From: Methanobacteriota archaeon
Lineage (GTDB): Archaea; Thermoplasmatota; Poseidoniia; Poseidoniales; Thalassarchaeaceae
Reading direction: 5' to 3'
Assembly: GCA_002717835.1 (NCBI GenBank)
Contig: PBBV01000024.1
Span: 1-61,684 of the forward strand
DNA length: 61,684 nt
A program made the position numbers and the translations under genes. Under the pieces are notes generated by a model that was not told the origin of the DNA, did no database searches, and worked only from the letters and a program-made list of their open reading frames with translations. Positions 9,721 through 19,327 of the stretch are shown here, piece after piece. The stretch's first letter is position 1. Each line of letters opens with the position of its first letter.

Positions 9721-10071
9721 TCAACCGAACGACTGCCCACAGCCGCAGGATCTGTCCGCATTAGGATTCGAAATCTGGAAACCACCACCCATCAAGGTGT
9801 CTTTGTAGTCTAGAACAATCCCATTGAGGAGGTCTGAATCCCTGTCATGGATCATAATGGTCCTCTCTCCGACAGATATTGATTGATATCCTTCTTCATC
9901 GGGTTTATCCACGATCTTCATGTCGTACAGGTAACCCGAGCAACCTCCTGATTCAGCCGATATCACTAGTACGGACCCATCTCCATCTTCAGACATCGAT
10001 TTTTCAATTGCTAGCTTTGCGGCATCCGTGACGTCTATTTCCACTTTGACTATCTCAACTTCAACAGCCAT
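9721..10071 (-). CDS. HesB/IscA-type iron-sulfur cluster insertion protein
   Basis: GGCSGYLY plus the C-terminal SCGCGQSFG signature. The start is taken at internal Met 30 of the track ORF, giving a typical 116 aa. The ORF start at 10158 would abut the divergent fdhD. Confidence 0.8.
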   Translation of the reverse strand: MAVEVEIVKVEIDVTDAAKLAIEKSMSEDGDGSVLVISAESGGCSGYLYDMKIVDKPDEEGYQSISVGERTIMIHDRDSDLLNGIVLDYKDTLMGGGFQISNPNADRSCGCGQSFG

Positions 10072-10156
10072 CGGAAGGCCAAGTCCACTCCCGCCTATCA
10101 GCCCCATGTAACCCAGTCGGTCTGTTGATATTTGAACCCGTTTAGGATTATGTGCC

Positions 10157-10954
10157 ATGGGAGCTCATGATCAGCCCAATAATGGAAGATGGCTGGGTGT
10201 TGAGTCCAGATATCTGACTTTGAATGGTGGTACTGATATCGACTACAAGGCTCCTTTTGAAGAAGCATTGAGGATATCCATAACTCATTTAGGAAAAACC
10301 AACGATATAGGTGTTTTTATGAGAACCCCGGGGAATGATCTGAATTTAGTTAGAGGCCTCTTGTACAATGAAGGCATAATTTCTGAGCTTAATTCGATAC
10401 ACAATCTCACGGTAGAAGACGACATAGCCAGGGTCGTCCTCGCTGAAGGGTCAAGTTACAACCCTACAGAGCATAAAAGAAATATCTTGGTAACAGGGTC
10501 TTGCGGTCTATGTGGTCGTAGCGACCTACACAGTCATCAAAAGGTAACTTCCGAGGATAAATTCTCACAAAAACAGATTCATGATTTCCATGTTATTGCT
10601 ATGAAAAATCAGGAATTATTCAAGCAAACTGGGGGCACGCACGGCGCTGCGGCTTTTGACTGTAATGGGGTGTTTATTGGCTCCGAGGAAGATGTAGGAC
10701 GTCATAACGCCATGGATAAACTAACAGGGTATCTGCTAAGCAAATCTCTAGCTCCATCTGTATGTACACTATCTGGCCGGGTCTCTTATGAATTGGTTCA
10801 GAAGGCTATTAGAAGTGGGTATTGCATTCTTTCGGCAGTCGGTTCTGCGACTACAATGGCTATTCACTTAGCCAGAGAGCATGATCTTACTCTCATCTCG
10901 TTTGCAAGGGAAAATAGGATGACCGTCTTGTCTTCCCCCCGACGAGTAACCTGA
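10157..10954 (+). CDS. fdhD: FdhD sulfurtransferase (formate dehydrogenase accessory protein)
   Basis: GSCGLCG, GGTHGAA, EDVGRHNAMDK and SGRVSYELVQKA are all FdhD hallmarks. Confidence 0.85.
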   Translation: MGAHDQPNNGRWLGVESRYLTLNGGTDIDYKAPFEEALRISITHLGKTNDIGVFMRTPGNDLNLVRGLLYNEGIISELNSIHNLTVEDDIARVVLAEGSSYNPTEHKRNILVTGSCGLCGRSDLHSHQKVTSEDKFSQKQIHDFHVIAMKNQELFKQTGGTHGAAAFDCNGVFIGSEEDVGRHNAMDKLTGYLLSKSLAPSVCTLSGRVSYELVQKAIRSGYCILSAVGSATTMAIHLAREHDLTLISFARENRMTVLSSPRRVT

Positions 10955-11012
10955 ATTGAGTCAATCCCACTTTGCATGTTAGATCTTCAGACATGCATAT
11001 ACCCATGAAACC

Positions 11013-13292
11013 ATGGGGGTGGTCATGGGCAGAGGGGCTTCGAGAACAGGACCTATTAATTTTCGAAAGCCCTCTATCAGTCTCGTAAAAGAAGTTGCTG
11101 CGGGACTCCCGGCCGTAATATCAGCATGGAAACATGGTATAGCGAATATGGGTCCCTTGGAATCAGCAAAAACTCTCAGTCGAGCAAACCAACATGATGG
11201 GTTCGATTGTCCTGGATGTGCTTGGCCCGATCCCTTGGAGCCATCCCCGTTCGAGTATTGTGAAAATGGTGCAAAGGCCATCGCTGACGAAGCGACTAAC
11301 AAAATAATTCAAGACTCGTTCTGGAAAGAAAATAGCGTACTGTCACTATCAAGGAAATCCGACGTTTGGCTGAATGCGCAAGGTAGGCTTTCAAGGCCTT
11401 TGATCTTAGAAAAAAATTCGAACTATTACAAACCAATAGACTGGGACAGGGCCTTTGGGATAATTGGGGCCGCCCTATTCAACCTTGAAGATGAGGATGA
11501 CGCTTACTTCTATACCTCTGGAAGGGCCTCCAATGAAGCAGCATTTCTCTGGCAGTTGCTAGCGAGACAACATGGTACCAATAATCTCCCTGATTGTTCA
11601 AATATGTGCCACGAAAGCTCTGGAATAGCTTTAGGAGAATCTATTGGCATAGGGAAGGGCACTGTAAGGCTCGAGGACTTTGATCATTCAGATCTGATAG
11701 TGGTTGTTGGTCAAAACCCAGGCACAAATCACCCAAGGATGCTTTCAGCTCTCAGATCGGCAAAAGAATCGGGATCGTCTGTTTTGAGTATTAATCCAAT
11801 AAAAGAGACGGGTATGCGTGGCTTTCGTCATCCACAAAACCCGATGGATATGTTAGGGTCCGGTGTAAAGATAGCAGATGATCATATCGACATCAAAATT
11901 AACGGGGATATGGCACTCTTTAGAGCAATAGGTTCTGTGATGGTAGAAAGTGGATGGGTAGACAAGGCATTTATTGATTCTAACACTAGTGGTTACGACG
12001 CCTACGCGAAGGCCACGAAGAATATCAATTGGGAAGAGATCGAACAAGTAACAGGACAAACCGAGTCAAGAATTAGGGATCTTGCTTACCATTTTTCTAA
12101 ATCCAAGGGAACTATCATTTGCTGGGCTATGGGTATAACACAGCACAAGAATTCTGTGGATACTATCAGAGAGATAGTGAACGTCTTGTTGTTAGGAGGC
12201 CACGTGGGCAGGCCTGGGGCTGGGGTTTGCCCAGTTAGGGGGCACTCTAATGTCCAGGGGGATAGAACAGTCGGAATCACTCATGCACCATCTCCTAGAT
12301 TCCTTGCGGCCTTGGAGAGAAAATATGACATCATTACTACGGAAAAACATGGTGCTGACTCTGTGCACGCTGTAGAGAGGATGAGGGAAAGGGGTGGTAT
12401 TTTCCTTTCCTTAGGCGGAAATTTCCTCTCTGCGATGTCCGATACAGATAGAACCGCAGAAGCCCTCGAATCCTGCAGCCTCACAGTACAGATTTCGACT
12501 AAATTAAACCGTAGTCACCTGATAACCGGGGATACTGCAATCATACTCCCATGTCTTGGTAGGACGGATGAACAGGTTACATCCAAAGGCCCACAGATTC
12601 TGTCAGTGGAAAATTCAATGGGGGTTGTACACATGTCCAACGGCAAAAAAAAGAGGCCCTCAATGTCAATGCGCTCAGAGCCAACAATCATAGCCGGAAT
12701 TGCAAGAAAACGCCAAGACATGGCAGGAGGTACAATCCAGTGGTCAGATTTAGGTTCGGACTTCTCCCTAATAAGAGAAGGAATCGAAGCCACAGTCCCC
12801 GGATTCGAGGCGTATAACTCCAGAATACTCCAACCATCGGGTTTTGAATTACCTAATCCGCCAAGAGACAATAGAACTTTCAGGACGCCCTCTGGTAGGG
12901 CAGAGTTTTCATCCGGTGAAATAACCTTCTTTACCCCAGATGATGATTGCTACACAATGATGACGATAAGGTCGCATGACCAGTTTAATACCACGATATA
13001 TACTGATAATGACCGATACAGGGGCATATCTGGTTCGCGAAGAATTGTTCTGATGTCAAGGAGCGATATGGAAGAAAGAGGCTTCAAGAGCGGGCATATG
13101 GTGCAAATATCAACCACAGGAGTAGATAGGAAGATGGAATCTGGAGAGTGGTCGGTGGTACCATATGAGATACCAAAAGGATGTGTTGCAACTTACTTCC
13201 CGGAGTCCAATCATTTGATTCCGATTGAATCGTACGGGGATGGGAGTTTTACACCGACATCAAAATCAGTATCAGTATCGATCACCGGCTAG
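11013..13292 (+). CDS. Molybdopterin oxidoreductase, FdhF/YdeP family
   Basis: 759 aa. Has the N-terminal AAGLPAV...QHDGFDCPGCAWPDP block characteristic of the YdeP-type 'oxidoreductase alpha (molybdopterin) subunit'. Sits next to fdhD. Confidence 0.8.
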   Translation: MGVVMGRGASRTGPINFRKPSISLVKEVAAGLPAVISAWKHGIANMGPLESAKTLSRANQHDGFDCPGCAWPDPLEPSPFEYCENGAKAIADEATNKIIQDSFWKENSVLSLSRKSDVWLNAQGRLSRPLILEKNSNYYKPIDWDRAFGIIGAALFNLEDEDDAYFYTSGRASNEAAFLWQLLARQHGTNNLPDCSNMCHESSGIALGESIGIGKGTVRLEDFDHSDLIVVVGQNPGTNHPRMLSALRSAKESGSSVLSINPIKETGMRGFRHPQNPMDMLGSGVKIADDHIDIKINGDMALFRAIGSVMVESGWVDKAFIDSNTSGYDAYAKATKNINWEEIEQVTGQTESRIRDLAYHFSKSKGTIICWAMGITQHKNSVDTIREIVNVLLLGGHVGRPGAGVCPVRGHSNVQGDRTVGITHAPSPRFLAALERKYDIITTEKHGADSVHAVERMRERGGIFLSLGGNFLSAMSDTDRTAEALESCSLTVQISTKLNRSHLITGDTAIILPCLGRTDEQVTSKGPQILSVENSMGVVHMSNGKKKRPSMSMRSEPTIIAGIARKRQDMAGGTIQWSDLGSDFSLIREGIEATVPGFEAYNSRILQPSGFELPNPPRDNRTFRTPSGRAEFSSGEITFFTPDDDCYTMMTIRSHDQFNTTIYTDNDRYRGISGSRRIVLMSRSDMEERGFKSGHMVQISTTGVDRKMESGEWSVVPYEIPKGCVATYFPESNHLIPIESYGDGSFTPTSKSVSVSITG

Positions 13293-14394
13293 CGGCTTTT
13301 TTTAGGGCCTTGACTTGTTTAATGAGTGCCTTAACAGTCTTCTTGTGAGTACGGTCCTGGTTCATTTCAGAGGATTGTTTGAGGCATGATATGGCATCAT
13401 CGAACCTCCCAACGTGTATGTAGGCATTACCCATGTTGTATATAGCGGCATATCCAAGAGCCTGGGGTTTCGCTTCGTAGATTTGGACGTATGCTGATAT
13501 TGCTTCTTCATATCTGTTTAATGCTGAATAAGCATCTGCCATCCCGATCTTCGCTCTCATTCTTAGGTCCTCAGGACCATCAGATCTAGTGTAGAGAGTC
13601 TTCTCAAAACAACCCAGTGCTTCCAACGGCTTACTATCATGAAGTAAGATGAGTCCTTTGTTGTACCATTCTATCCCTTCGTTTACTGTTTCTGTCCTTG
13701 TTGGTTCTTTTGGTTGTCTGGCCTCCACACTTTTAGCCAGAGCCTCCAAATTTACCTTTGAAGCAGCTTCTATCGCCTCTGGAGTAGAAGATGCCCTCAA
13801 CCTAGCTTTGTTAGCACGATTACTGTATCCCAGTGCTTCAAGACTTTCAGCGAGGCCGTTCCACCTTCCCGCTGTTTCTCCATTCTTGATGAGTCGAGTC
13901 CATGCTTCTATCGCCCCATCATAATCCCCCCTAGACATTAGCATTATCGCTTCACTATCTAGCGAATATTCTTGTTTGATGACATTATTCTGAACCATCT
14001 TTTCTGGTTGTAGATCCTCTTCGGTATGGTCCAAGAAATCCTCTTCAGGAATTTCCTGGGCCTGTATTCCATCTGCCGTTTCAAATTCTTCTTCTGTATG
14101 GTCTGTTGATTCTTTGAGGAGTTCTTGTTCATTATCGAGGTCATACTCCTGGGTATCTGACGACCCTTCTGTGATTGTAGATCTAATGTTGTCGAGGAGG
14201 CTCTCTCCATAGGATATTGACTCCTGTCCTTGTACTGAAAATCCAAGTTTTGTCAAACCACGGCCGATCATCATCCATGCGTGTCCATTTGAGGCTAGAT
14301 CTTTCTGTACCCTATCCCGGAGTTCATTCACAACTCTTGCCGGCTCATCCTCTAGAAGATTTTCTAATTCTGTGTGCCCTTCGAAGAACTCCAT
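13282..14394 (-). CDS. TPR-repeat protein with an acidic central region
   Basis: The C-terminal half shows repeated A..Y...G.......A...Y..A pattern (for example NMGNAYIHVGRFDDAISCLKQS and GMADAYSALNRYEEAISAYVQ). The middle region is rich in E and D. Confidence 0.55.
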   Translation of the reverse strand: MEFFEGHTELENLLEDEPARVVNELRDRVQKDLASNGHAWMMIGRGLTKLGFSVQGQESISYGESLLDNIRSTITEGSSDTQEYDLDNEQELLKESTDHTEEEFETADGIQAQEIPEEDFLDHTEEDLQPEKMVQNNVIKQEYSLDSEAIMLMSRGDYDGAIEAWTRLIKNGETAGRWNGLAESLEALGYSNRANKARLRASSTPEAIEAASKVNLEALAKSVEARQPKEPTRTETVNEGIEWYNKGLILLHDSKPLEALGCFEKTLYTRSDGPEDLRMRAKIGMADAYSALNRYEEAISAYVQIYEAKPQALGYAAIYNMGNAYIHVGRFDDAISCLKQSSEMNQDRTHKKTVKALIKQVKALKKAASR

Positions 14395-14476
14395 AACTCC
14401 CCTCCGTGAGGTCTACTATTTTGAAGGATGTCTTAGTTTGCGCAACTACAATATCGAGGATAGTGGTCCGATTAAC

Positions 14477-15007
14477 ATGAGTGTTCTAGTAATAACCGGC
14501 GGTTACGGCCTCGACGGATCCACGGGCCTTGTGGCCAAAGCTATAGTTGGAAGAATTAATTCCCGAGGTGTGGAATGTGATGTTTTCCGGAACGACCTCT
14601 ATCCTCTCCCTTTGGTAGGAGCGCCCGGTTGTTGGGACTCGGAATCAGTTTCTGATTACCGCAATAAGGTAGAATCTTCTGAGGGCTACGTACTCTTAAC
14701 TCCAGAGTATCATGGCACCATGAGCAGCACAATGAAATTACAACTTGACTGGTTGGGTAAAGAACAAGTCGGGGGAAAGGCGTTCGCTCTTGTCAGCATG
14801 CTTGGAGGAGTTTCAAACACATCTTCGTTAAATCACATGCGTCATGTTGTGAGATGGCTTGGGGGGTGGTGCACGCCTGAACAGGTGGCTATCCCGGGTG
14901 GTAGATCCTACCTATCAGATGATGAAATTTCCGACGAGGGTCTTTCTGAGCGACTAGATAATGTATTGGATTCATTGACCCGTGCGATGAAGAATCTCGG
15001 AAATTAA
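14477..15007 (+). CDS. NADPH-dependent FMN reductase family flavoprotein
   Basis: MSVLVITGG...GS start and LLTPEYHGTMSSTMKLQLDWL, the family motif. The start is taken at internal Met 36 of the track ORF. Confidence 0.6.
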   Translation: MSVLVITGGYGLDGSTGLVAKAIVGRINSRGVECDVFRNDLYPLPLVGAPGCWDSESVSDYRNKVESSEGYVLLTPEYHGTMSSTMKLQLDWLGKEQVGGKAFALVSMLGGVSNTSSLNHMRHVVRWLGGWCTPEQVAIPGGRSYLSDDEISDEGLSERLDNVLDSLTRAMKNLGN

Positions 15008-15813
15008 TCCGAGGGGGGAGGGTTTTCAGCTCTTTGCCTGTCTTCTTTTTTCTGTCGGGCGACACTAGAGAAGTAGGCAATCATGGGTACGACAATCATC
15101 ATAGTGAAGCACCCGATCAGAGAAGCTAGTCCGTACAGAGTCTCAGTGACCGGGTCCAATTTAAATTCCTCAACACTGACGAGCTCGTGTGTTACTGTCT
15201 TTATTTCGGGAGCATCTGTAAGGTTGACGATAGTCCCGGATTTCCTCACCTCTACAGACCAGGTGGTGATTCCCTCAGCATCTGATACTCGCTCGGTCGC
15301 CTTCTCATACGCTTCATCGTAGTTGTCCGCTTCGATGTAGCCTACTCCCCCAAGAGGCAGTTCGATAGCAACTATTGATTTGAATTCTATTAATCCGTCC
15401 GTTTCTAATACGCTGTGGGAGAAATCCAAGTCACAGGATTCTACGATTAGCTCGAAATCATCATCAATATCCTTGCAAGTGAACATCCTACCAGCATTAT
15501 CTGATCCCAATGACTCACTTGTGTAAAATGGTGTGGAACTGGAAGATACGGTTATCTCCGATCCACTCGGGAGGTTATCCATTGAGACGTTTAACCATGA
15601 AATAGCAGAGGTAGTGGTTACGTACCACTTTCCATCACCGTCGAGCTCATTGGTGGTTAGCAGTACCTCTTCGTTTGTGGTTTCAAATCGATAATACTCG
15701 CTGTCGAGAGTGTTAGAATAAACTGCGTAACTAAGTAGAAGAATAAGGGTCATACCAAGACCGATCATGGTTCTCAACATGTTCGGATTCTTCGATAGGG
15801 TTTTCTTCATCAT
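15004..15813 (-). CDS. Hypothetical protein with N- and C-terminal membrane anchors
   Basis: 269-aa ORF. Hydrophobic helix near residues 15-35 and another near the C-terminus, followed by basic residues. No family recognised. Confidence 0.45.
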   Translation of the reverse strand: MMKKTLSKNPNMLRTMIGLGMTLILLLSYAVYSNTLDSEYYRFETTNEEVLLTTNELDGDGKWYVTTTSAISWLNVSMDNLPSGSEITVSSSSTPFYTSESLGSDNAGRMFTCKDIDDDFELIVESCDLDFSHSVLETDGLIEFKSIVAIELPLGGVGYIEADNYDEAYEKATERVSDAEGITTWSVEVRKSGTIVNLTDAPEIKTVTHELVSVEEFKLDPVTETLYGLASLIGCFTMMIVVPMIAYFSSVARQKKEDRQRAENPPPSD

Positions 15814-15899
15814 CTATCTCTGAGCCCAACTAGTTTTGAAACCTCGTTATGGATTGTGTATTCACTCTGCCGCTTGACGAATATGGAATGTCATCACGG

Positions 15900-15906
15900 T
15901 TATATA
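15900..15906 (+). promoter_or_regulatory. Candidate archaeal TATA box for the ribosomal protein cluster
   Basis: TTATATA lies 35 nt upstream of the S19e ATG (15941), compatible with a short 5' leader. Confidence 0.35.
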
Positions 15907-15940
15907 CGGACGGAAAGTCGGCGGCTTGCGAGGGGCAGGC

Positions 15941-16411
15941 ATGACCACAGTACATGACATTCCTGCAGACCTAATGATTGAGGCTCTTTCAAGCCAACTC
16001 GTAGAGGATAAGAAAGTGGAAGCGCCCGAATGGAGCCGCTTCGTTAAGACTGGAATACACAGGGAAAGAATACCTGTGCAAGATAATTGGTGGAGCATTA
16101 GAAGCGCTGCAGTACTTCGAAAAGTAGCGATGAAGGGCCCGATAGGAGTCAATAGGCTCGCGCAGGAATTTGGAGGTCCTAGAGATCGGGGTGTAAAACC
16201 TAATTCTGCAGCGTCGGGATCGAGAAAAATCATCAGAACAATACTCCAACAATTAGAGAAGGGTGGTCTCATAGAGCCTCGAACAACACCCGGCGGTAAT
16301 GTTAACCTCGGAAAAGTAATTTCTTCAAAAGGGCAATCCTACGTAGATTCTGTGGCTCACGGAACAAGAGACGCGGCCGAGGCTCGATACCCGGAGCTCT
16401 CTAGATACTGA
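15941..16411 (+). CDS. rps19e: Ribosomal protein eS19 (S19e)
   Basis: MTTVHDIPADLMIEALSSQL...APEWSRFVKTG..RERIP...WW..R.AAVLRK is the S19e pattern. Confidence 0.9.
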   Translation: MTTVHDIPADLMIEALSSQLVEDKKVEAPEWSRFVKTGIHRERIPVQDNWWSIRSAAVLRKVAMKGPIGVNRLAQEFGGPRDRGVKPNSAASGSRKIIRTILQQLEKGGLIEPRTTPGGNVNLGKVISSKGQSYVDSVAHGTRDAAEARYPELSRY

Positions 16412-16420
16412 GGTGTACTT

Positions 16421-16576
16421 ATGGCAAGACACAAGCCCTATGCAAAGAAGAAGCGCCTGATTAAGGTAACCAATCAGAATCGACGCGTTCCAGTTTGGGT
16501 GATGATGAGGACTGCTAGGAAAGTAACCACTCACCCTAAGCGCCACATGTGGCGTAGATCCAAGCTCCAGAGGTAA
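16421..16576 (+). CDS. rpl39e: Ribosomal protein eL39 (L39e); 51 aa, below the ORF-track cut-off
   Basis: My translation is [51 protein letters not shown]. It sits between S19e and L31e, the usual archaeal context. Confidence 0.85.
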   Translation: MARHKPYAKKKRLIKVTNQNRRVPVWVMMRTARKVTTHPKRHMWRRSKLQR

Positions 16577-16581
16577 TTACT

Positions 16582-16845
16582 ATGTCCGAAGTAAGAGAAA
16601 TGGTAATACCCCTAAGAGCTGCATGGAAAGTTCCAAGAAGCCGAAGGGCCAACCGCGCAATGGCGGAGATTAGGAAACATGTACATCGACACATGAAGGT
16701 GACAGATGAGGAAAAAATCTGGATCGATGAAGATGTGAATCATGCCATATGGTCCAGAGGGATGCAGAAACCTCCGAGGAAGATTCGCGTAGTATGTACT
16801 AGAGAAGAGGGATTTCCAATTGAAGTGAAGCTAATGGAGGATTAA
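16582..16845 (+). CDS. rpl31e: Ribosomal protein eL31 (L31e)
   Basis: [31 protein letters not shown] ... [15 protein letters not shown]. Confidence 0.9.
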   Translation: MSEVREMVIPLRAAWKVPRSRRANRAMAEIRKHVHRHMKVTDEEKIWIDEDVNHAIWSRGMQKPPRKIRVVCTREEGFPIEVKLMED

Positions 16846-16847
16846 AA

Positions 16848-17039
16848 ATGGGTAATATTAGACCGTCATTCATTAAGATCAGAGCACTGAGGCTCATTGA
16901 AAGGTATCCCGATCAATTCACAGCGGATTTTGACGAGAACAAGGGTCTTGTCGAACGATTTACTGACGTTGATAACAAGAAGATGCGTAACTGGATAGCG
17001 GGTTATATCACAAGATACAAACAGCGCAAAGTTGACTGA
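16848..17039 (+). CDS. rps17e: Ribosomal protein eS17 (S17e)
   Basis: [32 protein letters not shown] ... NWIAGYITR. Confidence 0.9.
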   Translation: MGNIRPSFIKIRALRLIERYPDQFTADFDENKGLVERFTDVDNKKMRNWIAGYITRYKQRKVD

Positions 17040-17083
17040 AAAATTCACGCACTCTTCATGTCATATGACAGCGAGCACTTGTC

Positions 17084-17854
17084 ATGGGAAGCCGGAGTAT
17101 TGAACCCACTCCGGAGTGGGCAAATCGGCTTTGCATTGTTCTTGTAAGACCTTTTCATGAAGGAAATATTGGGGCAGTTGCCCGTTCCATGATGAATTTT
17201 GGTATCACTGATCTCCGAATTGTTGGGAGGGATGAAGACTTTACTGAGGTCGCGAGGAAAAGAGCAAAGCATGCAAATTCAATATTAGAGAATGCTTCCT
17301 TTCACGATGATCTGAAATCATCGATTTCAGACCTTTCCCTCGTTGTAGGGACATCTGGGAAAAGAGAACTCGGAGACAAGACACAGAACAGGCACTTCCT
17401 TCTCCCGGAGGAGATACCTAGTAGAGTGCTAACGCACTCTGGGAAAATTGGTGTTATATTTGGGCCGGAGGGCAAAGGTCTGTTGAACGAAGAGCTAAGG
17501 GAATGCGAAATTTTGGTGACAATTCCCACGTGGGAAGGTTACCCGATCATGAACCTCAGCCACGCGGTTGCTGTAATTTGTTATTCTTGGTTCATAAATT
17601 CGGAACTTGATAGTGACTATGAAGGCAAGAGAGTCTTATCCCCAGGTCTCAGAAAAAGGTTCAGAGAGGAGGTGGGCAGGCTATCACAGACCGTACCCAC
17701 ACAAGAACATAGGCGGAGAAGCATAGAAGATACCCTGATACGGGTAGTGATGCGAGGGTTGCCGAAGGAAGAAGAAATATCTAGAATAATCTCAGTCATC
17801 ACGGCAGCCGCAGACGCATTGGAAGAAGTAAGGTCGGATGAATTTGACAAATAA
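17084..17854 (+). CDS. SpoU/TrmJ-family RNA 2'-O-methyltransferase
   Basis: LCIVLVRPFHEGNIGAVARSMMNFG, GIVFGPEGKGL and IPTWEGYPIMNLSHAVAV are SPOUT class I motifs. Confidence 0.75.
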   Translation: MGSRSIEPTPEWANRLCIVLVRPFHEGNIGAVARSMMNFGITDLRIVGRDEDFTEVARKRAKHANSILENASFHDDLKSSISDLSLVVGTSGKRELGDKTQNRHFLLPEEIPSRVLTHSGKIGVIFGPEGKGLLNEELRECEILVTIPTWEGYPIMNLSHAVAVICYSWFINSELDSDYEGKRVLSPGLRKRFREEVGRLSQTVPTQEHRRRSIEDTLIRVVMRGLPKEEEISRIISVITAAADALEEVRSDEFDK

Positions 17855-18446
17855 TACATTCATGATCAAAGGAGATGTCGAAAATATCGATAATACGCCC
17901 TTAGAATTGCCTTTCTCTATCATTCGAATGAGTGCATCCGTCATCAAAGATATGAGGGAGATACCCGCTTTACGGGAGTTAGATTTAGACGGCCTATCTG
18001 GAATTCGATTAGGCACATTAAGGTTTAATGCTATCAGATTACATGCTGTGTGTAGATACAAAAAGGGTGTGAAGAAAACAGACGATATATCGCCTTCTGA
18101 TGTCAGGTGCATAGATATCCACCCCAGAGCTCTGACGCTTAGATGGGCTATTTATGCTAGATTTCTCCTATTCCACGAGTTTTTGCATGCCCTCGGATTT
18201 TCTAACCATGGAAAAGAATTCAAACGTCTCGAGTCAATGTGGCCAGACTCCGGAGCGCGTCACTTGGGGCAAGCCTTCGGCCTTCATCTCCGTGACATGA
18301 ATACTGGGTGGTTATGGGTGTGCCCATCATGCGACATGAAACATGTAAGATACAAGAGGTCCAATGGAAGGTATAGGTGTAGAGAGTGTATGGTTCCCCT
18401 CATGGATATTGAGGTTAACAATTCGACTGCAATAAAAAATGGGTGA
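17838..18446 (+). CDS. SprT-like / DUF45-like zinc metalloprotease-fold protein with C-terminal zinc ribbon
   Basis: HEFLHALGFSNHGKEFKRLESMWP (HExxH plus the NH..F block) is followed by CPSC...RYRCRECMVPL. Confidence 0.55.
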   Translation: MNLTNNTFMIKGDVENIDNTPLELPFSIIRMSASVIKDMREIPALRELDLDGLSGIRLGTLRFNAIRLHAVCRYKKGVKKTDDISPSDVRCIDIHPRALTLRWAIYARFLLFHEFLHALGFSNHGKEFKRLESMWPDSGARHLGQAFGLHLRDMNTGWLWVCPSCDMKHVRYKRSNGRYRCRECMVPLMDIEVNNSTAIKNG

Positions 18447-18455
18447 ATAGGGAGA

Positions 18456-18902
18456 TCATGGGGCCCACACAGCCCATGATTTGGGCGTCTCCCTAACGTG
18501 GAAGGCTAGAAGCTTTATTCTATTTCCATATGCTGTTTTTATGTGTGGCTCTACTTGTTCATACGCCCATTTGGCTAGATTTTCTGCGGTCGGTACAAAC
18601 GGCACCTCCAACGTTTTCTGGTTAACGATAGTAGATAGTGCATTCACTGCTTCGGTGTCTTCTTCATAGACTATGAAAGCATGATCTACTACATCATGAA
18701 TATGCTCCTCAAGTATTGCGGATATGTTTGAGAAATCCATCAACATGCCTTCTTCAGAAGCACCTGGCTTAGACACGACATCTCCCTCCAATTCTACTTC
18801 CCATCGATATCTGTGGCCATGCATATTCTTGCACTTGCTATTGTGATTCGGGACTCTGTGCCCAGTATCGGTCTCGACCCATCTTCTTATTTTACTCGTC
18901 AT
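18456..18902 (-). CDS. queD: 6-carboxy-5,6,7,8-tetrahydropterin synthase (PTPS family)
   Basis: DTGHRVPNHNSKCKNMHGHRYRWEVELEG, which includes the CxxxHGH motif. Confidence 0.85.
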   Translation of the reverse strand: MTSKIRRWVETDTGHRVPNHNSKCKNMHGHRYRWEVELEGDVVSKPGASEEGMLMDFSNISAILEEHIHDVVDHAFIVYEEDTEAVNALSTIVNQKTLEVPFVPTAENLAKWAYEQVEPHIKTAYGNRIKLLAFHVRETPKSWAVWAP

Positions 18903-19327
18903 TCATTCCCCCCCTCTTGGAATTTCATAGATACTGAATTTATACAATATCTCTCTCCACCGTGTCTTCTCGGTCCATCTTCAAAGACATGACCTAGATG
19001 AGCATCGCATGAACCGCACCTTACCTCAACTCTTACCATTCCATATTTGTTATCTGTAAGCCTACGGATTCCTGCTTGAGGATGCTCCGTATGAAATGAT
19101 GGCCATCCGCAGCCAGAGTCGTATTTCATCTCCGACGTAAATAAAACGTGGTTGCAACAGATACAGGCATAGGATCCTGTTCGGTTTTCAAGGTATAATG
19201 CCCCTGAAAAAGGGGGTTCTGTACCGCCCTTTCTTGTTACTTCGTATTCAATCCCGGTTAGCATTTCTTTCCATTCGTTATCCGTTCTAGTGTTATCATT
19301 CATCGGCCACACCCCGTTCATTATCAA
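18899..19327 (-). CDS. msrB: Peptide-methionine (R)-S-oxide reductase
   Basis: EWKEMLT..EYEVTRKGGTEPPFSG, GCGWPSF and RVEVRCGSCDAHLGHVFEDGP. The start may be the internal Met at 19303. Confidence 0.9.
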   Translation of the reverse strand: MIMNGVWPMNDNTRTDNEWKEMLTGIEYEVTRKGGTEPPFSGALYLENRTGSYACICCNHVLFTSEMKYDSGCGWPSFHTEHPQAGIRRLTDNKYGMVRVEVRCGSCDAHLGHVFEDGPRRHGGERYCINSVSMKFQEGGNE

